This document shows positions 1-13,169 of a stretch of 64,000 nt of DNA, in pieces. How positions within the stretch are numbered: the stretch's first letter is position 1; each line of letters begins with the position of its first letter. This DNA is from Laetmonice hystrix (Eukaryota). The notes under the pieces were generated by a model. It ran no database searches and was not told the origin of the DNA. It was given only the letters and a program-made list of their open reading frames with translations. The position numbers and the translations under genes are program-made. Where the stretch lies: positions 26,724,001-26,788,000 of the forward strand of contig OZ249436.1 of the NCBI GenBank assembly GCA_965235115.1, given 5' to 3'.

Positions 1-370
1 CCCCTAATCGCGTACTTTTTGCGAATATAACTAATGTTTGACGGGTTTAGTGGATGCTGGCAAAATGTCTGTATAGTTGGTACAGTTATAAGAGGAGATG
101 GATTTCTCAAACCCCTCAGAGTATCTCGGTTTCCATCTCGCAAAAGTAACGTTGATTCTCTTTCTGTGTAATATGCATACTAATTATTTTTCTTTTCTCA
201 ATTATTTTTCTTTTCTCATTTTTTAGTGCCTCATATCCAACAACCATTTGTACCTACAAATATATGCAATGACCAATTGACCATACACATATATGTATCA
301 ACAATGACTGAGGTGGAGTAATTTTTTTTTTCACTAGAATTAATTTTGTCACTTCATCCTATGTTAAATC

Positions 371-488
371 TGTACTAGATATTAGCCTGTGGCGAGTGGC
401 AATCGACGAAATATCCAGGCGAGTCGAATGCGAGACTGGATATTTCGTCGAGTGACACGAGGGGCCACAGGTTAATATCTGGCATACA
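371..488. repeat. ~115-bp imperfect palindrome (hairpin/MITE-like)
   Basis: Arms AGATATTAGCCTGTGGC..TCGACGAAATATCCAG and CTGGATATTTCGTCGA..GCCACAGGTTAATATCT are reverse complements around a short loop. Confidence 0.75.
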
Positions 489-597
489 CCCTGCGGGAAA
501 CACCACTGTGACCACAGTGGAAACACCCCCAAACACTCATAGTACTTCCCATATAACCCATCGTACGCTGGTTATACAACTTTTGGACTCGTCCAGG

Positions 598-852
598 GTT
601 CTTGCTCACACACCGTGACGCCTTGGACTCTCTCGCCCGTCTGGACAATGGTCAGCCGTCCAAGACCGAGTCCTTGGCCCCTTTCCGAAAATACCGACCC
701 GACACATGCCTGTTGGTCGTGGTCAATCAACCAATGTTCTCTTGCGAGAATATTATATCCACGGGGTGTATTAAATATATACACTCTCGGACGGCTGACC
801 ATTGTCCAGACGGGTGAGAGAGTCCAATGCGTCACAGTGTGTGAGCAAGAAC
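598..852. repeat. Inverted repeat with ~67-bp arms (foldback/MITE-like)
   Basis: 598-665 (GTTCTTGCTCACACACCGTGACG...CCGTCCAAGA) is the near-exact reverse complement of 785-852. Confidence 0.8.
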
Positions 853-1993
853 ACTGTGGATTGTGTATATTTGTTTCAGGAAAGGTACGTACAAGCTCAC
901 GAGTGTGAAATATCTTTATGTGGACACGTGTATAGTTTTTATAAGCCGGTTGAATTAGGTTATTCCAAAAGCCAGTGAAATCAATGACACATCGCGAAAT
1001 GTAAAAAGACCACAACGTGAGGTTGCAGATCGAATCTGTGTGTAGCGATGGTCGTAGTCGTGATTGAAATAGTCGCCAACCAAAGAAAACATGTCCTACG
1101 TCATAAATTACAACCCCACCGAATGGTATATAAATTCACCCTCTATTTCCACGCTTAATCTGCAAAACATCACGTTCTTTTGTTCAATGTCTTCTCCATA
1201 AATGGCGCCGCGGATGTTTAAAGTGATCTCAGAACAAAGTGCCCGTCAGACGAGTTCGACAAAGTGCTCGACAAAAAGTGTTCATAGGTAGGCATTGGAT
1301 GTATGTAACAGCCTATAGTTGTCAAATCTTGATAAGTCACACGTAGGCCAATCTGATTGTGAGTTGTAGCAATTTCGCTTTATTTAGTTAATTCTGAGTT
1401 ACAATAATTGAGCTGAAGTCCGTAATTTGTTTTTGTTTCAGCCTTTCCTGATTCGAACGGTTCAGGCGTTACCTTCCGCTGCGGTATATATTTGTGGTGT
1501 TTTGACCTCAGAACGGGGCCCCTGTTCCGCCCAAGGCTTGACATAAACGGTCATCACCCTCTAATGGTATCAATAAGGTAAATTGTGCATATTAGTACAC
1601 TTATGAGACCCTTGAAGTACATTCGTGAAACAACCCAATAATACAGTTCTCCAACCTTTCAGTCTGATATTGCCCCACACTGAGCGTGGTTGTTTGTAAA
1701 GGCATTCTTTCTGTGTGCGAGTCTGCAAAGCTGCACTTTGGTTTTTCTGTTTACAGGGGTTCACCTGGATCATCTCCTCACTCTCATGGTAAAACCCCTA
1801 TAGATTAGGCCTACCTTCTCAAAAAAGGTTTCAGAATTCTCACAAAATATGGCTCTAGCGAGGATGATGTACATTAAGGTATCGTGTAAATGATAGTTTA
1901 TCTGTCATATAGCTTGTTCTAAATGTAGATCTTGGATATACAAACCTAATATGTATAGTGAGTAGTGGAGGTTTTACGCCGGTCGGCATAAGG

Positions 1994-2683
1994 TTTTTTT
2001 TTTTTTTTTTTTTTTATTAACATAACTTTGTACCAGTATGAAGGGACTCGGAGATAAGTACAGTCCGGTCTTCCGTCCCTTCTAATCTGGACTCAATCGA
2101 GTTCCTTACAAGTCGTTTTATGGTATGTTTAGGCGAAGGCATAGCGAGAATGAGTATGGCTATACAAATATAGTGGTGGTACAAACATATATATACAGTG
2201 AACATATTTTTAAAAAAATCATATATATACAAAGACATTTCTAGTTTTATATACCTAGGGGGTCAGGGTGAGATAATATCAGGTAGTAATTAGACTAGTT
2301 GTGAGGGGGGATAGGGGATAGGTCGCTGAATTGTCTTTTATACCATGTTGTAGAAGTTTTTAACCATGGTTTTAAACTGAGGGTACGTTTTGGCTTTGCG
2401 TATTGTTTGAGGGGATTCGTTCCATAGTCTACTGCCCAGGATCTGTGGACATTTACTTGTTTTAGTAAGTCGAAAGCTTGGGACTTTCAGCACAATATTC
2501 TCGGAAAATTGTCTTGTGGTTAGCTGCCTATTATCAATATATTCCTCGAGATTACTACGCTTAAACATTAAACCCAACATGTGTAATTTTCTTCGATCCT
2601 TCATGTGAGGAAGGCCCGACATTTCACGCATTTCTTGGGTGTGAAGAGGATGGTAGTTATAAACACATCTAAGTGCTCTGTTC
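1994..2683 (-). mobile_element. 5'-truncated LINE (CR1/L2-group-like): 3' end of ORF2, 3' UTR and poly(A) tail
   Basis: Minus frame reads NRALRCVYNYHPLHTQEMREMSGLPHMKDRRKLHML...GSRLWNESPQTIRKAKTYPQFKTMVK, typical LINE ORF2 C-terminus (LWN.LP..IR......FK); 22-nt A tail at 1994-2015. Confidence 0.8.
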
Positions 2684-2723
2684 CGATCTCAATGCCCGTC
2701 CACTGTACCGTGGCTGAAGATAT

Positions 2724-3028
2724 TGCCAAGTGGTGCAATGCGGCCTCTCATACTATAATTGCACAACCACTGTAACAAGGCTCAGCTGTTGCCAAGTGGT
2801 GCAATGCGGCCTCTCATACTATAATTGCACAACCACTGTAACAAGGCTCAGCTGTGCCTGACCACTGCATGTACCAAGGCTCAGATTTAATTGCCCGGCC
2901 ATTGGGCCATGCCAAGACTTTAATTGCCCGACCATTGGACCAAGGCTGATATTTAATTGCTCGACCATTGGAGCAAGGCTCAGATTTAATTGCCCAGCCA
3001 TTGGGCCAAGGTTCAGATTTAATTGCCC
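2724..3028. repeat. Tandem repeats: 66-bp unit x2, then ~33-bp unit x~5
   Basis: TGCCAAGTGGTGCAATGCGG...CAAGGCTCAGCTGT at 2724 and 2790; then repeated CAAGGCTCAGATTTAATTGCCCGGCCATTGG-like units. Confidence 0.8.
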
Positions 3029-3029
3029 A

Positions 3030-5280
3030 TATATCGTCCGCCTAGATGTCGGCAGTTCCATCAGGGCCGTAGAGTCTGGCAGGCAATTATGGAGAGCAAC
3101 AATCCGACCCTTTCTTCCTTCGTCAATTTGTATTGTTACATGATTCTACTAGAAAGTTCCTTATTATATCTCTGTGTATCCTTCGTATTTATAAGTGGCC
3201 TCCTGTCAGTCCATTGCCAGGTGCAAGCCCACTGTGTGTCAGCTTTGTGCCGCTAGGTGGCAACTCCACGATAGAGGGCGCCTTTAGAGGTCGTATATTT
3301 CCATCTCATATCTTTGTAGGCACTATTTCTGCGTTATTTGTCTATAAAAGTTAATTCCAAATCTCAACTACGGAAGATCAGTGCATAAAAGAACTCCTAT
3401 ATCACACACTCCTCTAAAAGGCGTCCTCCAAACACTGACATAATAAGCCTCTTTAGATATGTTGTCTCGAAGTGTGCCTCTGCGTAAGAAGACACCATTC
3501 GTGGTGTCCAGAAACATTGAGTCACTATATACAAAACCGGGCCATCCACAAAGAGAAAAGTTCGGAAGAGCAGATCAATCAAACTTTTTTTTTGTTCTAG
3601 ACTATTATTCTGATACCATACCTTGGGAAACCCGGCAGTTCTGAATTCCGCTCCACCCTATTAAAAGGAGCGGAATTCTGAAATGTCGGGTTTCGAGTTT
3701 AATACAACGATCCCATAGATTGCCCCTCTTCTCTTTCATGTGGAATGGGAATCCATTTTTGTCTGCTTTTTTCAACATCTTGCACGCTTGTGTGTCATTT
3801 AGGTAGTTGTAAGGCAATATTCATACTCCGTGAGTTTTTAAGATATCTTGATGAAATTTGGAGAGGAGATGTCCACCTATGTGGACACCTCAGCAAATCA
3901 AGCAATAATTAGGAAAATAGATTGTCTGAAATTTATATCCTTTAAAAAAGCAGGGACTTTGGCAGATATGGGTAATTGGTCGTATAGAGACTGGCGTTGG
4001 TAGATCTAAGGTTGAGTAATGACCTGATGGTAGGCCTACAAGTTATAAGAGATGGTAGGGTTGAGGATCGTAACCATGTCCCTGAGCTATGTCTTGCTCG
4101 CTATGGACATATATTTGAATATCTCTGGTCTCTTCAACCAAAAGGCCTATGCACTGCTATGTTATAAGATACAAGTATCGTCAGCATAGATGTCGGCAGT
4201 TCCATCATGGCCGTAGAGTCGGACACATAGGCGCCAGAAGCGGGGGGGGGGGGCAGGGGGGGCGACCGCCCCCTCAATAATCTGGTTGGGGGGGGGCATC
4301 GCCCCCCCCCAATAATCTGTGATCATGAATGAAAAAAGACAGGTTTTTCCACATACAGTAGGCCTGTTGAAACCATGACTTGGGTGCGTCAAAGACTGGG
4401 TCGATTGTCCTAATGATACATTGATACATTGTAATTTATTCATTTACGCCTTCAAAACATAAAAAATCCTGCCTCAAAATGGCGTAAAAAAGCGTTTTAA
4501 GGTGTGTAGTTTTTAAAATTTTCTTGGGGAGGGCCTCCGATCCTGCCTTACTAAGCATGTTGTAGCATATGACTTTCGCTTCAGCTCTCCTGCCCCCCCC
4601 CCCCCCCCAATAATAATTTGCTTCCGGCGCCCCTGCTCGGACAGGCACTATGGAGTACTCTATACAACAATCCGACCCTTTCTTTTCTTCCTTCTTCCAT
4701 CCCCTACCTCCCTCTCTCAATTTCTGTTGTTACATGATTCTACTAGTAAGGCTATTAGTTATTATATCTGTGTGTATCCTTCGTACAAATGGCCTTCCGT
4801 CAGTCCATCGACAGCCAGATGTGTGTTAGCTATGTGCCGCTAGGTGGCAACTCCACGATAGAGGGCGCCTTGAGAGGTGGTACAATTATGTAAACTCATA
4901 TCTTTGTATATCCCTTTATTCGTTTAGAATAAATTAATTCCAAATGTGAAGTACGGAAGATGTGCTCTCTCTAACCAATAGGCCTATGCACTGTTATGTT
5001 GTACGATACAAGTAGATCTATCGTCGCCTAGATGTCGGCAGTTCCATCATGGCCGTAGAGTCCATCCCCTACTTTCCTCTCTCAATTTGTATTGTTACAT
5101 GATTCTACTAGTAAGTTCCTTATTATATCTCTGTCTATCCTTGATTAAATTGATTAAATTTGGGGAGGAGATATGGAGGATATGGGTAATTGGTCGTTTT
5201 GAGTAATGACCTGATGATGGTAGGCCTTCAAGGTACGAGATGGTATGCTATATAAGATAGGTACAGGTATCGTCAGACGG
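3030..5280 (-). repeat. Locally triplicated, degraded segment (copies ~3030-3385, ~4143-4965, ~4978-5280), possibly retroelement-derived
   Basis: Shared blocks TAGATGTCGGCAGTTCCATCA.GGCCGTAGAGTC and TTGTTACATGATTCTACTAG; minus strand at 4165-4205 encodes DIYADDTCIL, an RT YADD-like motif. Confidence 0.55.
4226..4635. mobile_element. hAT-like MITE with G/C-run subtermini
   Basis: TIR CATAGGCGCCAGAAG / CTTCCGGCGCCCCTG; 8-bp TSD GTCGGACA/CTCGGACA; interrupts a copy of the local repeat. Confidence 0.75.
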
Positions 5281-5284
5281 GACA

Positions 5285-6674
5285 CACTGAAAACACAGAC
5301 TTGTCTTGTCAAAAGGTCGTCAAATAAACAAGTTTTGGCTTGTCAATCTGACGGTGCCTAAAACAACAAGTTTTAACTCGTCACCTTGTCAAAAACTCGT
5401 CGAGAACACTACCTTGTCAAAAACTACACTGGATACACTTCATAAATCATTGACCTGTTATCCATGCCAATGTCTGAAAAGAAAAATCGTCTGCAACACA
5501 CTGAGAAGAAAAACATTCAATGAAACTATTTAAAGGTTTTTAAGACAAAACAAACAACTTGATAGATGGAGATGGTAAAATGCCTATATTTCACGTTTTC
5601 CATATACACTGCTTTGACGCTGGGATATCCTTTATAACTAATAAAATAGCCAGTTTGTCTTTTTAACTTTAAGACATCATCAACAATCTCACACTACTCT
5701 TTTTTTTTTCCATGAAATATAAAATCAAAGAACCCTCCCCCCACGTTAAACACGTCCATATTAGTTCACTAACTGTATAGTAGATGTGAAGAAATAGTTC
5801 TTTTTACTGCAATACATCGACAGTCTCACACTAATCTTCTGCAGCTTTTTTCACACGATTTGCTCATGCTTGTTCTTCCACGGCTTTCTCAGTCCTGAAA
5901 TACACAAGTAAAATGTTAATACCTGTATATGTTCTGGACCTTCAATTTTCATGTCATTTAAAGAAACTGGCCTTCCTTATCTTGGCCGACCCTGTTAATT
6001 CGAGGAGGCTATACATTTTTTGGTAAATTGGAAGATTACTTTAAAAGAACAGAAAAATGACCGGGAAGGTTCTGGTTACAACAAAATGAGACAGGGGTAC
6101 TTATTAACAGGGGTGATGGAACTGAGGAACTGGGGGCCCATGCCCCCCCCCCCCCCCCAATGTGAGGAGGGCTCGATTATTATCCCCCCCTGTATTTGTC
6201 TATAACCAGGTGCGGATCCAAAAACTCCCTAAACCCTAGCCCAGGCCTAATCAGTGTTAGGCCCTCCCCCTATTCCGTCCCGCCAAAACTGTCATACCAG
6301 ACACAGGCCTCTACTGTTGGGCTTTTTGCAAGAGGCCTGTTTTCAATCAATAAATTTTAGGGGCATCCTTCTATTCTTTACAAAAATTAACATCCCACCC
6401 AAGTCTAAAGAACATTCTGCTATGATATACAGATAATCTGACACAATATAACACCATTTACATACCAGATTATTTAGATTACTGTAAGCAGTGCTTACCT
6501 TCTTTCGTGTCCTCTAACTCCTGTCGGCATCCGTTACGAAAGTGTAAAACACGTGTCAAGTAAGTAAGTTTGTGCCAATGACCTTGTCAATAGTTTGTCA
6601 GTGTCCTTGACGAGACTAAATTTGTTACTTTGACAAGCATGTGACGAATCCTTGACGACCTAAAGTTTTCAGTG
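5285..6674. mobile_element. Non-autonomous CACTA/EnSpm-type (CACTG) DNA transposon
   Basis: Termini CACTGAAAAC...GTTTTCAGTG, 2-bp TSD CA, many CTTGTCAA/TTGAC subterminal repeats at both ends. Confidence 0.75.
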
Positions 6675-6720
6675 CACCCAGGGGATGGGATGCATTGTGG
6701 TATCACCACAACGTGTCTAG

Positions 6721-7478
6721 TTCGTCACTGACATCGTGGCCTGGCATAGTGGATGCATAGCACCCGGCGTACCCCCACTCAATACGACATCAGAAGTGAA
6801 CAGCATGCAGGCACATTTTCCGATTCCCCATGATGGAAACATGAATCCAGTTTTCAGTTGGAGTTTTGAGAACAATATAGTATGAGCACCTACCATTGCG
6901 ATGGCGCGTGCGTCACCGCATGCGTCGACGCAACGGCTGAAGCCGCTTTCACATGCATACGGTGTGCGGCGTGCGGCTTGCGGCGTGCATTTTTGTTAAT
7001 AATGTAGCCAATGTAAATCGCCGCACGCCGCAAACCGGAGACATGTGAACGGTTATGGTTATATCTATTTTCAGTTGTTCCATTTTTGCAAAAACGCACG
7101 CCGCACACCGCAAACCGGGAATACACCTAGGATCCAACGCACGCGGTAACGCACGCGCCATCGCAATGGTAGGTGCTCACACTATGTTTTTTGCTGCGAT
7201 AGAGGCTGCGTATACTGAATCTGAATGACGTAAAATATCCTTTAGGATGTCGCCATCGTGATGTTTAGGCCTAAATTCTACAAGAAAAATAAAAATGTAA
7301 GTGATTTCATCAAATAGTAACACGAGTTGTTCTCAAAACTCCAACTGAAAACTAGATTCATGTTTCCGTCATGGGGAACCGGAGAAATGTGCATGCCGTT
7401 CACTTCTAATCTCATATTGAGTGGGGGTTCGCCGGGTGCTATGCATCCATTATCTCAGGCCGTGATGTCAGTGACGAA
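6721..7478. mobile_element. Foldback element with ~155-bp TIRs containing a nested MITE (6877-7185)
   Basis: 6721-6875 is reverse-complementary to 7327-7478; nested TIR ATAGTATGAGCACCTACCATTGCGATGGCGCGTGCG / CGCACGCGCCATCGCAATGGTAGGTGCTCACACTAT. Confidence 0.8.
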
Positions 7479-8320
7479 TAAACAGTGTTTCATCATATAC
7501 ATGTATGTATATACATACTGTTTGAAATAGGTTTCCAACTCTGGTAGGAGTGCTATGATTATGTCCTTGACCTTCCAACTGCCATGCGATGGCCTCTGCG
7601 GTGCGTCAAAAATTGAAAAATTTTCAATCTTCGCGACACCGCACAGCGACAACGCAACGCAGTGCGAATGGTGTGACAATCCTTCTCTTTTCAATTTGTT
7701 CAATAGCTTGCGACAACGCAAATGCGATTCGCATTGCGAAATCGGCTTAGGTGTATTCCTACCCGACGGTGGCACGGCCCAGCTGGGACGCGGTCTACCT
7801 TCCACACATCAGTAGACTATACATGTACACTTATTGAACGATACTGGGTTTTATACACTCGTTGCTTGGGAATGCCGTATTGTGCGAGCTTGCGCTAGCC
7901 CGCGCTAGCCCGCACGGCCTTGAAGGCAGTATGCATACTCTGTAACGTTATCGATTATTTTCAAACGAAACCCCATTGATTCCCTCTCGATTCTTGACAA
8001 AACTCCAAGCAGCCATACTATGTGGCGTATTTAGACACATTTATAGGCCTGTTGTTTAAATAGCGTGCCAATGGTGTACGTAGTTAGCGTAAAATTTTAC
8101 AAATTAACGTGATTACTAGCAAATAAAATATGGTTGCGTTGTTTAAAGACCCTCGCTATGGGACACTTAGTTTCGTACGTTATTAACGTGCATTACGTAT
8201 ACAGTGCAAATCTGGCAAATAACGAGGGGCAAATGTGGAGCGGGTACCAGGAGAAAGCGTGAATTCATTGTATCTCGCGAGACTTTATGAGAACCCGGCC
8301 TTCAACATTACAGGCGTTGA

Positions 8321-9236
8321 TACCCTAGTCACACTAGAGGCGGAATGAGCCAGAATGCTGTCGGAATGAAAATTCTTGGTATATTCCTGGATATTCGAAG
8401 TGCATTCTAAAAGTTCTGACTGCATTCTGAGTGCATTCCAAATATTCGGGCCCATTCTTGTGGCCCGCCCGAATGTTTTGCTCATGCTCAAAACTTTCGA
8501 GGTGCATTCGAAGGGGAAAAATATCGAACGGCATTCGAAGTGTATTCTAAATGCACTCTGACTCCATTCTAAATATTCTTACGGCATTCCAACAGCATTC
8601 GAAACATTCTGATCGCATTCGAGGCAGAATCGAAACGGCAAGCCACTTCAAATCCTGCCAGAATGTCCCGAATGCGCCTCGAATGAGCCGGAATGCACCT
8701 CGAATGCATCTCGATTGTTGCCGGAATCTATACTCGAAGATTCGTGTTACATTCTAAGTACATTCGAAGTGCATTCTAAGTATTCGAGCTGCATTCTGTT
8801 TGAATTTTTGGACGTTCGAACCATATTCGGCGGCCATTCCGGCAGCGTTCTGACTGCATTTGAGGTGAATTCGTACAGCATTCGAGGCACCTTCCATCCA
8901 GACATCGGGCGGTATTTGGGCAGCAATCGAACCGCACTCGAACGGCATTCGAGGTGCATTCTAAATATTCTGACTGCATTCTAACAATATTCTAAATATT
9001 CCTACTGTGTTCCAACTACATTCGAGATGCATTCGAGCTAATACACCCGGAATGTACAAGAATCATTCGAGGCGGGTTCGAAGCGCATTCTAGGTATTCA
9101 AACGCTATTCTTACAAAGCTGTAAGAATTTTGGTCAATTTGAAATTCCCTCCCGAATGTGGCGCGAATTTTGAGAATTCTTCATTCCGGCTGGTTCTGCT
9201 TGATTCCTGCTGATTCCGAATAAGTGTGACGAGAAT
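8321..9236. mobile_element. ~900-bp PIF/Harbinger-type MITE, copy 1 (GCATTCGA-rich interior, right end degraded)
   Basis: Highly similar to 13980-14884; left TIR TACCCTAGTCACACT, right AGTGTGACG... Confidence 0.8.
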
Positions 9237-9565
9237 TTAGTCACATTCAAGTGCTACAGTGCTGGGCTTACTCCAAGACCGTTTAGAAACTGAACTCTGT
9301 AGGGCTTATCCTTACCAGCGGCGTCGGAGCGTTTGGTTGCCGGGGGGGGGGGGGTTCCATGGGCCCTCGATATTTTATAATTTTTGTCTTTGACGTTCGT
9401 GGCCGCAACGGCGCCGGCAGGTCTATCATGCGGTGCTATTTGCCTATCTACTACATCCATATTAAAATGATGGGTTTTAAAATTTTTGTTGGACAGCAAA
9501 GGCTAGGGGGGCCCTGTTCCGACGCCCTTGCTTACGCTGTCAAATTTTAGAAACTCATACTGTCA

Positions 9566-9814
9566 TAGTGGGGGATCCAGGATTTTGATAAGGGGGGCCC
9601 ACCAGGATTTTAATAAAGGGCGGGGATCAGGATTTTCACTGTACTAATGCATCTTCATCCACAAAAAAATGAAACTCTAAGGGGGGCCGGGACCCCAGGC
9701 CCCCTAGATCCCCCCACTATGTCATCAGTGGCAGATTTAAGGGGGGTTGCTGGGGTTGCAACCCCCTGTTACAAAGTAATTTTTCCTTTTTCACACAAAA
9801 CATACACCCCCTGC

Positions 9815-9845
<31 letters not shown>

Positions 9846-9872
9846 GTTGGCGCAAACCTAGATCTGCGCCTG
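9566..9872. mobile_element. Two adjacent short G/C-run MITEs (CAGTGGCGGATC-like family)
   Basis: ATAGTGGGGGATCCAGG...CTAGATCCCCCCACTAT then CAGTGGCAGATTTA...TAGATCTGCGCCTG; related copies at ~16580, 23868, 31176, 32293, 53620, 54948. Confidence 0.6.
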
Positions 9873-11489
9873 GTCATTGTCATATTAATGGCCTACTGCC
9901 ATTAAAACCTTCAGCACTGAGCACAAGTCAAATTCTACTTAGGCCTACTTGGACCATGCAGAGGATCAACTTGCATAATGATGCATTCTCCTGTCCAAAT
10001 ATCAAACCCTAGGCTAGCTTGCATTATGTTCATATTTCTTGAATAACAGTTTGGATTTCACTGCGAAGAAACCATAAAAAGATCAAACTGAGAAGCAAAA
10101 GTATCTCTGAAGCTAATTCAGCTAAGTCTCAAATGTTGGTATCCTTGAATGTTCGACATGATATACGTATCATATTTATTCATAATTATTTCTAGAAAAT
10201 GGTCCAAACACCAAAGAAGGTTCCTGTTAGAAGGCCACCGGGAGACGAGTGTCAGCCCTGGAGACAGGTTTCAATGAAGAGGGCATTAGCAAACTCCCAG
10301 AAAACCCCAAGACAAAAAGGAAGAGGAAGCTGAAGAAGATGCTAACTTAGTGGAGCTGTGAAAGCCCAATGAAATGTGCCCCCCCCCCCCCACCTACTCC
10401 GAAGCGTGTGTCAGTCAGCATTCGCTCGTGACGCACATGGCGGGTCGAGCTGCAGGACTGTGATACCTGAATTTTCATTGATCTATTGTGTCTGGTCAAC
10501 ATGTTGCTAAGTTCGAAGTGTGGTAGTCATATAGCAAATAGCACAGTTGCGATTTTGCAGTAGATTTTATATTTTTATTCAAATAATATATTTTAAAGTA
10601 AGACGATGGCAGTGCTTCTTGTTGTCAAAGTTCCTTTATTTAAACCTCTTCCGTTTGTGTTATGGTAAAAATTCAGTTTTTGTCCCTACTGTTGTTGCTG
10701 CCCCACCCCGAAATGTTGCCGTATGTATTCGGCTCTTCTTGTGGGGTGCTGTCGTTACTAGTTACAGAGGATGCTGCTTTCTTCACTTTCGTATCCTGCC
10801 GAAACTTTCCCATTCTGTTGGATAATATCAACACTGTCAAGAGCAAGATACCCAAAACATCCAGAAAACAGAAATAGAAAGTTTGTTGACTGATATTAAT
10901 TGAAACGTTTATATTATATCTACTAGAATTCCTGGACCTCATAGAAAAATGAGTCGTACTGTATTTAAATTCATGTGTAAATGCCGAGTTACATTTACAA
11001 AGTTGTATTTCCCTGGTACGTTATAAGATCAGGTCGATCTTCACCACCAAACTAAGAGTCTGTACATGTTTTCATTGTTGAATATCTGTAAACAGAATTA
11101 TAATTTTATGGCGAATAAACTTCAAATCTTATGCTTATGGGTATTTTTTCCAGTGAATGGCGGGGCACTGATCTGTTCGTGGGCAGTGTCATGCTTTGTT
11201 GTGTGTGGCAGGGCGTAAGCGGGATAGAATTCCTTTTTTATAATATTCATAGACGTCAGTACCGATTGTTGTAAATGGGTGTTTAAGGTTAAGTAATTTT
11301 TATGACATATGGAATGATTACGGATTCAACTAACCAATTGTTGGCAGGTAAAAGGTACACTTATTTTCAGTGGATGTACTGTTCATTCCTCTCAAACTTC
11401 CTAAAGCTATGAGTATAATATTATATTTAAAAAAATACATAATTATATAATTAATTTGATCTGATAAAATAACTGTCTTGTATACACAC

Positions 11490-11690
11490 TCTCTCCTCCA
11501 CGGTCAAACCAGCTCCCCGGGTGTCGCCCCTTGTTCTGCAAAATCCAGACTGACCAAAATCTCGGGCCATCTCAGTGACGGATTGCTTGTTAATCCTGTA
11601 TCTACTGAGGAACTTGCCATCAATAAATTTTTCTAACGGATTAATATGCGGGAACAACGTCTGTGTCCTTCTGGCCCGGTGTACGTCCAT
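11490..11690 (-). pseudogene. Harbinger/HARBI1-like transposase N-terminal exon (fragment)
   Basis: MDVHRARRTQTLFPHINPLEKFIDGKFLSRYRINKQSVTEMARDF...RGAGLTVEER matches the NPL...F..RYR.......L.VE pattern of HARBI1-family N-termini; ends at a GT donor; DDE core absent. Confidence 0.65.
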
Positions 11691-12613
11691 TCTGCCGCTT
11701 AAAACTAACGTCTTTCCGCCAAAACACGTTTCATTTGAACTAGTTCCACGGCTAACGAGCACCTCTTAGGTGCTCGTTAATTTGGGGGTTATTTCAGTCA
11801 TTAACGTGGCCTTTCGGGACCCCTAACGTACGAATCTTTTTTTAAACAACGGAAATTGAACGGGCATAGGGACATACATACGTTATTAACGTACGTGGAC
11901 AGGTGTGAAGTTTTAAACAACAGAATGCCACGCTATTAACGTAATTCTCTTAGTACGTTATTAGCGATTTTTTAAACAAAGCAACCGTTGCCATGATCAA
12001 TTAGTTTGAAAATCTCGCCAAATACATTCTTTCCATGTGCAGCTCAATGGATATTTCGATAGAAAACACGATATTCTGTTTAATATAATAAACTTTTAGA
12101 GAGTCAAATATCATATATCTGGATAAAAATTGCCCAGAAATTATCGAACGCAGACACCCCGTAGATCTCGCTGACGCAATCGCAACATCTCGGGCTTTCC
12201 GATACGCAAAACACCTTGAATGTGTTAGGGACGCAGTCATATTATAACTTTGATGGAGTCACGTGGCCGATTTAGTTAAAATGGCGGAGGCATAACACCA
12301 GCACGTGTTTTGTTCCCGGACAGCGCCAAACTCCGTGATTGTAGTTTGTTGCTTGAACTTGTTTGAACTTGGTACGCTAATAATAAAAGTTACGTTTGGA
12401 CTAAAATAGTAAACTTCACAACATGTCTCCTGCCAAACAGACGCGCCCGCTATGTTAGGCCAGGTGCTGGCTAATTTCCCTGGCAGAAAACCGCCAAACG
12501 GAAGGAAGTGATTAAACCCCAAGCCCTTCCGCTTTCGTCGCGTTGGTCAGCGTCAACGGAGTGACCGATCTCTACTTGGAGCGTGACAATTTGGCCATGC
12601 GTGATGCAGACCG

Positions 12614-13155
12614 TAGCCTGGCGAACAATCTAATTAAAATTAGATCTTAGTTATTTCGCATGCGCTCTATACTAGGATCTAACGGCATCCCGTATGGGGT
12701 CACCTCAGGCTGCCCTTTGACCCAGATTCCAGTGTGCCGTTGAAAATGCCTACGAGCGCACACCGAAGATTTCGTAGGCGACTCGCTGATTGGCTGAATC
12801 CAGAGGTGAACCTGAGGTGACTCCTAATGGGATTTCCTTAGATCTAGGTAGCCTATGGAGCGCAGACAGCACTGACACAGCCGAGAGAGACGCGGAATAA
12901 GCCTACCAAGATCTAATTTTAATTAGATTGCCTGGCGAAGGATCCGATGATACTCGTCGACATCCAGAAAAGCGGGGACATTTAATACTTGTATTGTAAA
13001 TGAATTGACGAAAATATATGTATCTTGTTGGAGAAATATGGAGGATACAGAACTACATTCGACATTTGCGTTTGCGTCCACGTTTTCGATGGGCCAATCA
13101 CAGCGCTCTCTTCGATTAGCCTTCACCAGGCAATATAGAGCTGGGGACCAGGCTA
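12614..13155. mobile_element. Academ-like non-autonomous element with internal ~300-bp palindrome
   Basis: Termini TAGCCTGG...CCAGGCTA; CAATCTAATTAAAATTAGATCT inverted at ~12626 and ~12930; no clear TSD. Confidence 0.55.
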
Positions 13156-13169
13156 AACATGTCAGCCTG

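Larger units (their letters stand above)
8046..11986 (-). mobile_element. Internally deleted PIF/Harbinger transposon carrying nested MITEs
   Basis: Inverted subterminal motifs (GTTGTTTAAA / TTTAAACAAC, CGTTATTAACGT) at 8046-8200 and 11800-11986 enclose a HARBI1-like N-terminal exon and a possible C-terminal remnant; exact ends uncertain. Confidence 0.5.

Noticed and set aside
8285..8984. Cluster of overlapping short ORFs (repeated at 13993-14643)
   Set aside because: Artefacts of the GCATTCGA-rich MITE interior
12281..12340. THAP-domain start (TCFVPG)
   Set aside because: Only a 6-residue resemblance; the second Cys and the rest of the domain are missing
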